Source of the DNA: Candidatus Helarchaeota archaeon
Lineage (GTDB): Archaea > Asgardarchaeota > Lokiarchaeia > Helarchaeales > RDOG01
NCBI GenBank assembly: GCA_019058315.1
Contig: JAHPZH010000004.1
Location: forward strand, 288,001 to 352,000
Direction of reading: 5' to 3'
Length of the DNA: 64,000 bases
Shown in pieces: positions 9,188 to 18,718 of this stretch. The translations under genes and the position numbers were made by a program. Every line of letters begins with the position of its first letter. Positions within the stretch are counted from its first letter, which is position 1. Under the pieces are notes generated by a model. It had not been told where the DNA came from. It saw only the letters and a program-made list of their open reading frames with translations, and searched no databases.

Positions 9188-10223
9188 AATTAATCAATTA
9201 ATAGAAGAAAGTGAAGAAGATTTTAACGAAGATAATTATGATTTATTATTGATATTATTAAATAGTCTTTATCCAAAAACTATTCTAAAGACTCGTTTAA
9301 TGAAATTAAGTTGGTTTTTTTTTGAACTTGGAAATCTACCAAAGATATTAAATTTAGAAAATTACTCAATGGACTTTGAACCTCATTTACTTGGTGGAAG
9401 CGATTATGCTATTGATAATAATCTATCTATTATGGAAAATGATGGATTAATAGAAACAACACAGAGAGTATCAAACCAAGCAAATGATTATGAAGTAATT
9501 TCAATTAGAAAAGATAAACATGATGAAATTTCAGAAAATATAAAACAATATTGGATTGATAAAGAAGCAGATAAATTTATTAATTTAAATGATTTTAAAA
9601 ATTCCCTTGATATTTTTAATTCATTATTTAAAGATGATAATAGCCTGATTGGATTTTTATATAGATTAGATCCTGAAAGAACCAAGAACTCAATTATTAT
9701 TTCAAAAGTAAAGAAAATCATGACACCTGAAAAATTTAAGGATTGCATTTACAATATATTTCAAAATTTACGACCAATTTTTTCATTAACTTTGTTTTAT
9801 TCAAGAAAACAAGCGAATTCAGTAGTAAGAATTTTAAATAACGAAGAAAAAATCATTGAAATTAATACAGAATGGTTATATAATTTATCTGAAGCTTTGG
9901 TAAACCATTATTTAAAGAATGAAAATGAAATAATGAATAGAATAATAAGTAAACTAGCTGGTCAGATATCATTAAAATGTCGAACAGGAGGGTACGAACA
10001 ACTTGAGAAATATTTTGTTATTATTGAAGGATTATGGAGGTATAATTTATCGTCAGATATCCCAGTTGAATTCTTAAGACAAATAACCGTTAATCTTTTG
10101 TTTAATATTGAAAATAAACAATTATTAGAAACAGAGATTATAAATTTACAACAATTATTCAAAAAGCATGATCTTGAAATTACACCAAAAATTGACCTCT
10201 TTAAAACTTATTTACAGGTTTAG
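9180..10223 (+). CDS. Panacea/SocA (DUF4065)-like winged-helix protein with helical C-terminal extension
   Basis: KTRLMKLSWFF...FEPHLLGG...IDNNLSIMENDGLI pattern; overlaps the upstream gene by 8 bp. Confidence 0.6.
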   Translation: MIRINQLIEESEEDFNEDNYDLLLILLNSLYPKTILKTRLMKLSWFFFELGNLPKILNLENYSMDFEPHLLGGSDYAIDNNLSIMENDGLIETTQRVSNQANDYEVISIRKDKHDEISENIKQYWIDKEADKFINLNDFKNSLDIFNSLFKDDNSLIGFLYRLDPERTKNSIIISKVKKIMTPEKFKDCIYNIFQNLRPIFSLTLFYSRKQANSVVRILNNEEKIIEINTEWLYNLSEALVNHYLKNENEIMNRIISKLAGQISLKCRTGGYEQLEKYFVIIEGLWRYNLSSDIPVEFLRQITVNLLFNIENKQLLETEIINLQQLFKKHDLEITPKIDLFKTYLQV

Positions 10224-10226
10224 AAT

Positions 10227-11102
10227 TTGGATGAACGCACAAAAAGTATAAATTCATTAATTATTGACTCAGACGCCATTATCAATCTTTTTTTTGGGAC
10301 AGAAAACGCACGAAAAGACATAAAAACCATCATTAAAGATAGTGAGAATGTTTTCATCACCACTTACACAATAGGTGAGTTAAAAAGAGTCATCTTAAGT
10401 ACTTTAATAAATATTCATTATACAATCCAAAATTGGATCATTAAGGAGAAATGGGAAGATTTTAATAAAAAATTATTAATCCAGAGAAGTAGAGATATTT
10501 TTCTAAAACTATATGGAGGAAGCGAACGGAAAACTTTACGATTAAAAGAATTTTATATGTCGATATTTCTCGATTTCTTATCAGATACTTTTGATTTACC
10601 AATAAGAGATTCTAGAACTGTATTTTTAAAAAGATTAGAGAACTATATCGAGAATTTTGATGTTCTATTTATTAATGATGATTTTGAAAAAAGGAATAGT
10701 TCAATGAATTGTAATTGGCTAAATTATAAAATTCAAATAGAAAATAAGGAATTAAAATTTTATAAAAAGGGCTTTGGATGTTTAAAATTAAAATGTAATA
10801 CATTAAATGAGATATTGAAGTATTTTACATCAAATAAGGAAAGATTGCTAAAGGTTTATAAAATAAAAAATTTTAAACCAATTCCGAATTGGTATCCTAA
10901 TTTCAAAATGTTATTTAATTTATTTTTAAACAAGATGTTGGATAAAAGCTATAAAAGATTATCTTATAAATGTAAATCGTTAGGAGACTTAATTCTAATT
11001 ATCGACACTAATGAAAATGAAACTATCCTTACTTCAAATAATCGAGATTTTCAAGCTACAACTCATATTCTTGGAATCAATTTAATAATTTTTAAAAGAT
11101 GA
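10227..11102 (+). CDS. PIN-domain ribonuclease with large Cys-containing insertion
   Basis: IIDSDAII, TYTIGEL, LGDLIL and ILTSNNRDF supply the PIN acidic residues. Confidence 0.78.
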   Translation: MDERTKSINSLIIDSDAIINLFFGTENARKDIKTIIKDSENVFITTYTIGELKRVILSTLINIHYTIQNWIIKEKWEDFNKKLLIQRSRDIFLKLYGGSERKTLRLKEFYMSIFLDFLSDTFDLPIRDSRTVFLKRLENYIENFDVLFINDDFEKRNSSMNCNWLNYKIQIENKELKFYKKGFGCLKLKCNTLNEILKYFTSNKERLLKVYKIKNFKPIPNWYPNFKMLFNLFLNKMLDKSYKRLSYKCKSLGDLILIIDTNENETILTSNNRDFQATTHILGINLIIFKR

Positions 11103-11251
11103 TTGTTAATTTTAAAAATTAAATTTTATCGGCTTTTTCTAAACCCTAGATTCTCTAAAAGCTATTAGACTTGAAAAGGTATTAAGTTTAGCTCAGCTAA
11201 CCTGAAAGGTTCAAATTATTGTATGGTCGAATGTTTATAACCCAAAAATAA

Positions 11252-11686
11252 TTATTGTTGCTGGGGAATTGATTTCAAAAAAATAGCCAAATTTTCTAAA
11301 AAATTTCCAAGATAAGCAGGATTATAAAGCAATTCTTTAACTTCTTGTGCAATTTTGGGTTTATCTTTCTCTTTATCGGTAACTCCTATTGTAAAAAACT
11401 TTAAACCCCTTAAAGTATCAATCCCGACCTTTTTATAATCAAACCTTTCTTCTGCTGTAACTTCTGTTATCTTTCCCCTCTTAATCATTGCTTTGAATTT
11501 CTTTGGTTTCTCCTTTTTGACTTTCTTTATCGGTTTTTTCTTTGGTACAACTTCATCTTTTTTAATAACTTCCTCATAAGCTTTTATTTTAGTTTCAACA
11601 TGGGTTTCTACACTTTTTTTAATGTAATCTTCTGTTGATTCCGGTTCTTCTTCCTTATCCTCAAAAAAATCCCAATCATCAGGCAC
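11252..11686 (-). CDS. Hypothetical protein (acidic N-terminus, Lys-rich middle)
   Basis: 144-aa ORF overlapping the upstream gene by 8 bp. Confidence 0.65.
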   Translation of the reverse strand: MPDDWDFFEDKEEEPESTEDYIKKSVETHVETKIKAYEEVIKKDEVVPKKKPIKKVKKEKPKKFKAMIKRGKITEVTAEERFDYKKVGIDTLRGLKFFTIGVTDKEKDKPKIAQEVKELLYNPAYLGNFLENLAIFLKSIPQQQ

Positions 11687-11996
11687 TTTTATAACGCCCC
11701 ACTATATCTTTAAAGAATTGTTTATCTTCCGTACTTAAAATTAAAGCCCCTTTATTCTTTTGAAAAAAATCCATGAAATATTTAATATCTTCTTTTTTCC
11801 ATTTCTCATTTTCTTTTGTTTTGGTTTCAATCTTTTTTATATCATTGCCTAGCCCTTCCAACTCCATAAGCAACGATTTGTCATTGATATCTGCTATCAT
11901 AGTAACTTTCTCAAAATCAATCCCATTCCTTTTTAGCAATCTACGGGTTTTATTCTTTAAGACTTTATTTTCGGGATATTTTATTACAACCTTCAA
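11679..11996 (-). CDS. Hypothetical protein
   Basis: 105-aa ORF, TTG start with GGAAG upstream. Confidence 0.6.
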   Translation of the reverse strand: MKVVIKYPENKVLKNKTRRLLKRNGIDFEKVTMIADINDKSLLMELEGLGNDIKKIETKTKENEKWKKEDIKYFMDFFQKNKGALILSTEDKQFFKDIVGRYKSA

Positions 11997-12025
11997 ATTC
12001 TAACTTCCTAAAAGTTAATTAATTA

Positions 12026-12146
12026 TGATACTTAGTGTCAAATCAAGATTTAAAGCTTTCGGAAATATACGGAAACCCACAAATCCAACACTTCCCCAAT
12101 AAACTAATTGATACTAAGTGTCAAACCAAACGATACAAAGTATCAA
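12026..12146. promoter_or_regulatory. Three palindromic operator-like sites plus tandem CGGAAA motif
   Basis: TGATACTTAGTGTCAAA 12026-12042, TGATACTAAGTGTCAAA 12109-12125, CGATACAAAGTATCAA 12131-12146; ATATACGGAAA 12065-12075. Confidence 0.6.
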
Positions 12147-12252
12147 CACAAAATTACAAGTTCAAAAATTTGAATGATTTCTATATTAAGGTTTAAATCT
12201 AATTAAGATTTAAAATAAAATATTTAATCAATAAAATAAAAGAGGGTGTTAA

Positions 12253-13383
12253 ATGAATAAAACAGCACTTTTTAAAATTCTAGATAATTTAAAAACTAAA
12301 TTAGATAGCTTCTCCAAGAAGTATGATGAGACGCTTAAGAAAAACTATGAAAACTTAAGTAAACTCAGCGATATTCTTTGGGAGATCCACGAAGCTTCTA
12401 GCTATTCTTGGATTGGACATCAATCTGAAGCATACCACCTAATTGGTAATGAATTTACGATCCCTCCCCCTAGTGAGGGATTTGATATAATGTCTGGACA
12501 TCCAAGATCAGTAAATTGGAAAAGAATACCATATATTGGTATTCAACAATGGATTGAGAATAAAACAGGGTTAAATATCTCAACTATTAGAAAACAAATA
12601 ATCGAAATAATGAATGAAACCCAACAAATACAAGAAGAAATTATTACCGATTTATCTATTTTGAAAGAGTTAAACCAATATAAAACTGAAATAGCGACTT
12701 TAGACGAAATAAATAATATGAAATGGGGTGTTCCAGAATCTTATCTTGTTAAGCAAAAAAGACCAAGTAATTTTTTTACAAGAGATATGCAAGCACTTAA
12801 TCTAGGGATGAGAACTCCTCCACATATAGAATACCTAGTCAATGTGGAATCAAGTCAAACAAAAATTTATTCAATTCGAAATTTTATAAAATTAGCAAAT
12901 AGATTAATAACACAGATTAAAATTAGAGAGGATTTAGAAATCAAGGTTCAACCTACGGATTTAGAAACTTATTATAATCTTATCGAGGAGACTAAAGAAA
13001 ATTTCAGAGCCACAATCATAAAAGAACCAATTAATGAATCTGATGTTCAAGATTATTATGAAAGCTTTTTGAAATCCAATAAATTTGATTTTAACCGCGA
13101 AAAAGATCAAGTCCTTTTTTCTGAGAAATTATTTGTTCCCGACTTCACAAGTGATGAATTTAAAATGGCAATCGAAGTTAAGTTCGTAAAAGATAACAAA
13201 ACTAAATCTGTTGTTATTGAAGGAATGAGTGCAGACTTGAAACCTTACTCTAAAAAGTGGGACAAAATCCTATACATTGTATATGATAAGGGTGGTAATA
13301 TTAACGATGGTAGGAAATTTACAAAAGATTTTAACGAAGAAACAGACGAATTAAGGACAGTATGTTTAGTAATTAAACATTAA
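12253..13383 (+). CDS. Helical N-terminal domain fused to C-terminal PD-(D/E)XK nuclease (REase DpnII/MboI-like)
   Basis: ESDVQD...FVPDF...IEVKFV...ADLKPY...YIVYD motif set. Confidence 0.78.
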   Translation: MNKTALFKILDNLKTKLDSFSKKYDETLKKNYENLSKLSDILWEIHEASSYSWIGHQSEAYHLIGNEFTIPPPSEGFDIMSGHPRSVNWKRIPYIGIQQWIENKTGLNISTIRKQIIEIMNETQQIQEEIITDLSILKELNQYKTEIATLDEINNMKWGVPESYLVKQKRPSNFFTRDMQALNLGMRTPPHIEYLVNVESSQTKIYSIRNFIKLANRLITQIKIREDLEIKVQPTDLETYYNLIEETKENFRATIIKEPINESDVQDYYESFLKSNKFDFNREKDQVLFSEKLFVPDFTSDEFKMAIEVKFVKDNKTKSVVIEGMSADLKPYSKKWDKILYIVYDKGGNINDGRKFTKDFNEETDELRTVCLVIKH

Positions 13384-13399
13384 ATAGGAGAAACTATAT

Positions 13400-13978
13400 T
13401 TGGAAACACATAGCAAATATCTGTTATCATTTATTATAGTTCTTATTACTATAATCATTATAATATCATTAACCTTCTTCTCAACTTTTATCCTAATATC
13501 TGATCGGGAATGTGGTGTTACTATAAATGGAATCTCAATAATTAACATTGACAAAAAAATATTCCTATTTAATATAATTTCTCCTATTTCATCGCTTTTA
13601 ATAGCAATCATTTTACCTTTCTTTATCTTAAAATATCAGACCGAAAGAGAAAATAATGATAAAAAACAACTTGCAAATTTCATTTTTAACCAAGAAAAAC
13701 AATCAATAAATAATATGATTAAAGAATTTCATCCTTTATATGAAAGACATATCTTAAAACATACACCTACAACTATTTCGGTTGAATCAAAATTCCAAGA
13801 AGCTAAATTTAGCATTTCTCGTTGGAATATTTTAATATCTAAAGGATTATTTATCTATTTATCAAAAAAAGATACGCTTTTCAACATATATCAAAAAATC
13901 GAGGATTTCAATGTATCCACACCATTGAAAAAACTGAATAAAATAAACGACATTAAGATTGAATTTGATAAATTATGA
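13400..13978 (+). CDS. Hypothetical protein with two N-terminal TM helices
   Basis: Two hydrophobic segments then a soluble helical domain; GGAG upstream. Confidence 0.6.
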   Translation: METHSKYLLSFIIVLITIIIIISLTFFSTFILISDRECGVTINGISIINIDKKIFLFNIISPISSLLIAIILPFFILKYQTERENNDKKQLANFIFNQEKQSINNMIKEFHPLYERHILKHTPTTISVESKFQEAKFSISRWNILISKGLFIYLSKKDTLFNIYQKIEDFNVSTPLKKLNKINDIKIEFDKL

Positions 13979-14269
13979 AATTTATTCTATAACTTTTTTT
14001 GAATACTTTTGAATAATAGTATGGTAAAAAAGTCTGAAATAGTTGAAAATAAGCCAATTTCTCTAAAAAACTTATCTTCTTACTCGTAAGCTTCCAAATT
14101 TCGTATTTTGGCGATTTTTCCAATAGAAATAAGGGGGTTTTTGAGAAAATTTACTTAAAAAAAATAAACTAAATACAGGAAAGAAAAAGTAAAATCAAAA
14201 AAGAAAAAACTTAAAATTAGTGATAGGTTTATTCAAAATTCTTATCTTGAAAACAAGATTAACTCTAAA

Positions 14270-16105
14270 TTATTTAAACATTAACTGAAAATATTCACTT
14301 GTTTCATTTCCAAAAATGTCTACGACGGTTAAAACTACTGTATAACTTCCTGCATTCTCATATTTATGCCTTATTTTAGTTTTCGCTGTTTTTATTATTT
14401 TTCTTCCCGAACCAATTTGTCTAAATGAATAATCACTTGCTCTAAATAATTTTTCTTCGTTATAGTCCCAATCTATTGCCCAGAAATCTATTAAATCTAA
14501 TGATTCTTCATCTTTTAAATCCAGACCATAAAGAGTTGTATGATAATTCGAATGAAATCTTATAAATTCGATATCAATTGTTAGATTAATTGGATTGATA
14601 GACTGTCGAAATTCTAAGAATGGTAATTCAGAAAAATGATGTTCATTTTCTTCCTCATCATTAATTAAAGATTGAGGAATAATTCTCAGTTCTACTTCTA
14701 TTTTTTGATCTTCTTGGAATAATTTTTTAAAGAAACCAACTTCCATAAAATATTCCCAACCCAAAATTATCAATTTATTTTTATTTAAACTCTTGACTTC
14801 TTCAATTGCATTTTGAATTTCTTTTGGAGAAATTATTGTATCAATACCACCGATATGGATATATGCATCGTTTATTTCGCCATGTAAGTGATCGTAACCA
14901 TCCAAATAAGAACCTTTAAATTGTTTCAAGATATACTCATAATATTTTTTATGGGTTTCGCCAATGTATTCTTCTGATTTTAGTTTCAAAAAGAGAAGAT
15001 GCTTGTTATACATCTCTAAATTTAATAATTGAAATGGGAAACTCGTAGATTTCGAATTTAAGAGAATTCGTTTTCTAATTTCATTTATAGAATATCTACT
15101 AATATCAACTGCTATCCATTTTCGCCCTAATTCTTGACCTGTTGCAACAGTTGTTCCTGACCCGCAAAAAAAATCTGCAATGATGTCATTTTTATTAGAA
15201 CATTGACGAATGATTCTATCAAGTAAAGAAATAGAATTTTCTGTGGGGTAAAGAGTCTTTTTTGTTTTTTCATATCCTGGTATATCAATCCAAATATTAT
15301 CATCATCAGCTTCATATTCAATAGGATCTGCAGTTTTTCGTTTCTTTTTTTCAAATTTTTCAAAAAATTTTGCGTTATTGCTCTTTCGATATAAAAATAA
15401 ACTGTCAACTTGAATAATTAAATGTTTTTGTCGTTCTAATGCTTTATCTGATACTGGTTTATAAATTCTTCTTACAAGATATTCACAAATAAAGTTATTC
15501 TCACCAAAAATTTCATCTAAAATTACTTTAATATAATGCCCATAATGATAATCAAATCTTACAGCCATAAAACCAATATCTTTTAATAATTTATAGATGA
15601 GAAAAGCTCTTTCATAAAACCATTGACATAAATTTTGGATATGATTTGAACCAGTCCATATATTTTTGTATGCAATATCCTTTATTGGACTTGGAAATTG
15701 TTTAATCGTTTTTTTAGTGCCTAATCCAATAGGAATATCAATATATTCATTAGCTCCAGTATAAAAAGGAGGATCAATATATACGAATTGAATTTTATTG
15801 CGGAATTTTCCCTCTAAACTCTTTAATACATATAAATTATCTCCCCAAATGAGTAAATTTTTCCAATTTTTTAAATAATCTTCTTCTTTTTCTTCTTTTT
15901 TTTTCTCATCAGACTCGAAATACTGCATTAAAGTTCTTGGAACTATTTTTTTTATCTTCTTTTTCTTTGATCTCTTCTGTTTTTGTTTTTGCAATAGTGA
16001 ATCATCATCATTTTTAGAGAGATATGTTTCTAAAAATTGTAAGTTTAATTTTGGAATTTCTCGAATATTTTTTTTCCATTTTAATTTTAAAGGGAATTCA
16101 TTCAT
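14270..16105 (-). CDS. Type III R-M Mod-like beta-class N6-adenine DNA methyltransferase (motifs IV/I intact, TRD nearly absent)
   Basis: IWGDNL, YIDPPF (IV), YPTEN, ADFFCGSGTT (I). Only ~26 aa between LYRKS and DNIW. Long C-terminal extension ending VVDIFGNET. Confidence 0.88.
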   Translation of the reverse strand: MNEFPLKLKWKKNIREIPKLNLQFLETYLSKNDDDSLLQKQKQKRSKKKKIKKIVPRTLMQYFESDEKKKEEKEEDYLKNWKNLLIWGDNLYVLKSLEGKFRNKIQFVYIDPPFYTGANEYIDIPIGLGTKKTIKQFPSPIKDIAYKNIWTGSNHIQNLCQWFYERAFLIYKLLKDIGFMAVRFDYHYGHYIKVILDEIFGENNFICEYLVRRIYKPVSDKALERQKHLIIQVDSLFLYRKSNNAKFFEKFEKKKRKTADPIEYEADDDNIWIDIPGYEKTKKTLYPTENSISLLDRIIRQCSNKNDIIADFFCGSGTTVATGQELGRKWIAVDISRYSINEIRKRILLNSKSTSFPFQLLNLEMYNKHLLFLKLKSEEYIGETHKKYYEYILKQFKGSYLDGYDHLHGEINDAYIHIGGIDTIISPKEIQNAIEEVKSLNKNKLIILGWEYFMEVGFFKKLFQEDQKIEVELRIIPQSLINDEEENEHHFSELPFLEFRQSINPINLTIDIEFIRFHSNYHTTLYGLDLKDEESLDLIDFWAIDWDYNEEKLFRASDYSFRQIGSGRKIIKTAKTKIRHKYENAGSYTVVLTVVDIFGNETSEYFQLMFK

Positions 16106-18716
16106 TTTTATTCTCCAAAATGAACTTTGCCATTTCCAAAAATGGAATCTTTTGAAATGTATTGTAAAATAAATTCTCTTCTACAAACAGATAATTCCAG
16201 TTTTCACCCGCTTTTCTAACCCAATCTTCAGCAACTTTTCTCTTGAGTTTAGTACTTTGTTTATCAATGAATACCTCTCCTTTTGTTTCAATAATATAAT
16301 ATTGATTGTTTGTTGTTAAAACAAAAAAATCTGGTATATATCTTTTAAGAAAACCCTTTTCGTTATAATATAAATAAAATTTCATCTGCTTACTGACTTT
16401 ACAGAAACTTTTAACATCATTATCAGTATCTAAATATAATGCAAATTCTCTCTCTAACGCACTATCAAATGAGATATAATTAAAAATTGTCTTTTTAAAA
16501 CTCTCAACATTTTTACTCGTGAATTGGTGTCCACTTTCAGAAATTTTATAAATTTTTCCAGATTTTTTAAATTCGGTTTCTTTAATGTTTACATCAGAAA
16601 AAATCCTAGTCACTATGTCATAAATTTTCTTAATTACTAAAGGGTGATTTAATTTTAACATGATATTTTCATCTAAAAAGTCAATAGACCTTTCAAAGAA
16701 ATGATTTTTTAAATATTTTTTGAATTTAGGTAAGAAGGGTTGATAAGAATTTGAGATATGGAATTTTTTGAAAAAATGTTTTGTTAAATGGACTATATAA
16801 TCATTAATATCTTGAAAAAATGAAAAATCGATGTTTAATTCTCTTATAATTTCATCATTTCCATATTCCTTTTCATAGTATTTAGGCAGTTGAATTTTTA
16901 TTTCATCAATTTTCATTACTTGTTTTTCTAATTTCTCCCATGGAAAATCTTCTAAAGAGTTAATATGATAAAAAAAACCTCCTGACAATATTGGAATCTC
17001 AATGTCCAATTCTTTTTTTGAATGTAAAGGAAAAATTAATATTTCACTTGGTCTGAAGTCACCTATTTTACTAGTTTCAATATCAAAGAAGGTAAAATCA
17101 TCTTCACTTATACCTTCCTTCTTCAAAGCATTCACTATTAATGGTTCAAACCGTTCATGTTCAATTACCGTTAAATATTCATCTTGATCTTGAAATTGTT
17201 TCCTTAGTCCTCTTCCAAGAGTCTGTTCAACAAGAATATTCGATTCATAGGATCTTAATGGAACGATTACCTTAACACTTTTTACATCCCATCCTTCTTT
17301 CAACATCATAACACTTACAATAATTTTATAAGGATTAGTTGATTCATCGATAGTTTCAGCTGCATCCATAAGGTCGTCTATTTCCTCATCTAAGATTTCT
17401 CCTGCATTAACTCCTTTTTCTATCGTATGAATTAACAATACATTTCTTTTCGTATAGTTAGGATATTCTTCAACTATAAACTTCCAAACTTCATCAGCAT
17501 GTTTATTTTTATCTGTCATAATAAAAAGTATTGCTTTTTTATTTAAGGGCGTTAATAATTCTTCATATTCTTCGAGAATTCTAATACCTGCTTGAATCTG
17601 ATATTGGTTTATATATGCAAAATTATCAGATGATACTTCAGGAATATGAGTCAATTTTCCTATTTTAGGAATTTTCACAATTTTGTTATGAATAGCCTTA
17701 GAAAGAGGATAGTCTATAATGATATGTTCAAAGAATTTAGTCTGATCAGTCTGATATCTTGGCGTTGCAGTAAAATCTAATTGGAATTTAATATTATTTA
17801 AGTTATTACGGGTTTTTAGAGCTTTATTAATTTCTATAATGATTCTATTCCATGCTAAATATTCCGAATGGACATGATGAGCTTCATCATTAATAACCAT
17901 TATATTATCTCTAGTGCTTACACTTGAAAATAAAGGATTTTCAGTTGAAGATTTATTTATTAAATCATTTTTATCTATTGAATAATCCGAACTAGACATC
18001 AAACTAGCTTTCTTTAATATAGCAGGTATTGAATCTTGTTTTGAATATAGTTGATGAACATTAGTTAAGAAAATAACTCCTTTTTTATTTATTGGAGTAA
18101 TTTCAGAGCGATAGATAATTTGGATATCAAAGAACTTTTCCCAACCTTTTGGTATGAAAGGATACTTACGAAAAATAGAATTTGCACTGGAAATTGGTAA
18201 AAAATCTTTTTTTAATCTTTTATAAACAATCTTATTTGGAGCTATGACAAGAAAAGTATTAGCTAATCTATCACATATAGGTTCTTTATTTATAAAATTA
18301 AAATAACTCCAAATAATAGCAAGAACCATAATAAAAGTTTTCCCAGAGCCAGTTGCCATTTTAAAGCAATATTTAGGAAATTCGGATTGTTCGGCTTTTT
18401 TATCATATATTTGAGCTAAACTATCATCCCAAAATTTATTAAAAATATCTAGAATGTCTTTAGCTTCTAAAATTTCAACAATATAAATTAGAGTTTCTAT
18501 AGCTAATTGTTGAATTGGATAAAAAGAAAAAATATTTCCATCTGTTGTCTCATGATCAGTTTCAAACCAAAATCCTAAGAGTTGTTTAGTGGTTTTAGTT
18601 ACGCCTTTGTACCTTTCTTCCCAATTTGCATCGGAGTTTCTCCATTCAATTACTTTTTCTAATAATTGTTGAACTATTGGAAATTGGGAAGATGTCAAAT
18701 AATCATTACTATTCAA
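16098..18716 (-). CDS. Type III R-M Res subunit (SF2 helicase + PD-(D/E)XK nuclease)
   Basis: KMATGSGKT, INDEAHH, FTATP, LKEGWDV, QTLGRGLR; C-terminal YIPDF...IIETKG. Confidence 0.92.
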   Translation of the reverse strand: MNSNDYLTSSQFPIVQQLLEKVIEWRNSDANWEERYKGVTKTTKQLLGFWFETDHETTDGNIFSFYPIQQLAIETLIYIVEILEAKDILDIFNKFWDDSLAQIYDKKAEQSEFPKYCFKMATGSGKTFIMVLAIIWSYFNFINKEPICDRLANTFLVIAPNKIVYKRLKKDFLPISSANSIFRKYPFIPKGWEKFFDIQIIYRSEITPINKKGVIFLTNVHQLYSKQDSIPAILKKASLMSSSDYSIDKNDLINKSSTENPLFSSVSTRDNIMVINDEAHHVHSEYLAWNRIIIEINKALKTRNNLNNIKFQLDFTATPRYQTDQTKFFEHIIIDYPLSKAIHNKIVKIPKIGKLTHIPEVSSDNFAYINQYQIQAGIRILEEYEELLTPLNKKAILFIMTDKNKHADEVWKFIVEEYPNYTKRNVLLIHTIEKGVNAGEILDEEIDDLMDAAETIDESTNPYKIIVSVMMLKEGWDVKSVKVIVPLRSYESNILVEQTLGRGLRKQFQDQDEYLTVIEHERFEPLIVNALKKEGISEDDFTFFDIETSKIGDFRPSEILIFPLHSKKELDIEIPILSGGFFYHINSLEDFPWEKLEKQVMKIDEIKIQLPKYYEKEYGNDEIIRELNIDFSFFQDINDYIVHLTKHFFKKFHISNSYQPFLPKFKKYLKNHFFERSIDFLDENIMLKLNHPLVIKKIYDIVTRIFSDVNIKETEFKKSGKIYKISESGHQFTSKNVESFKKTIFNYISFDSALEREFALYLDTDNDVKSFCKVSKQMKFYLYYNEKGFLKRYIPDFFVLTTNNQYYIIETKGEVFIDKQSTKLKRKVAEDWVRKAGENWNYLFVEENLFYNTFQKIPFLEMAKFILENKNE

Positions 18717-18718
18717 AT

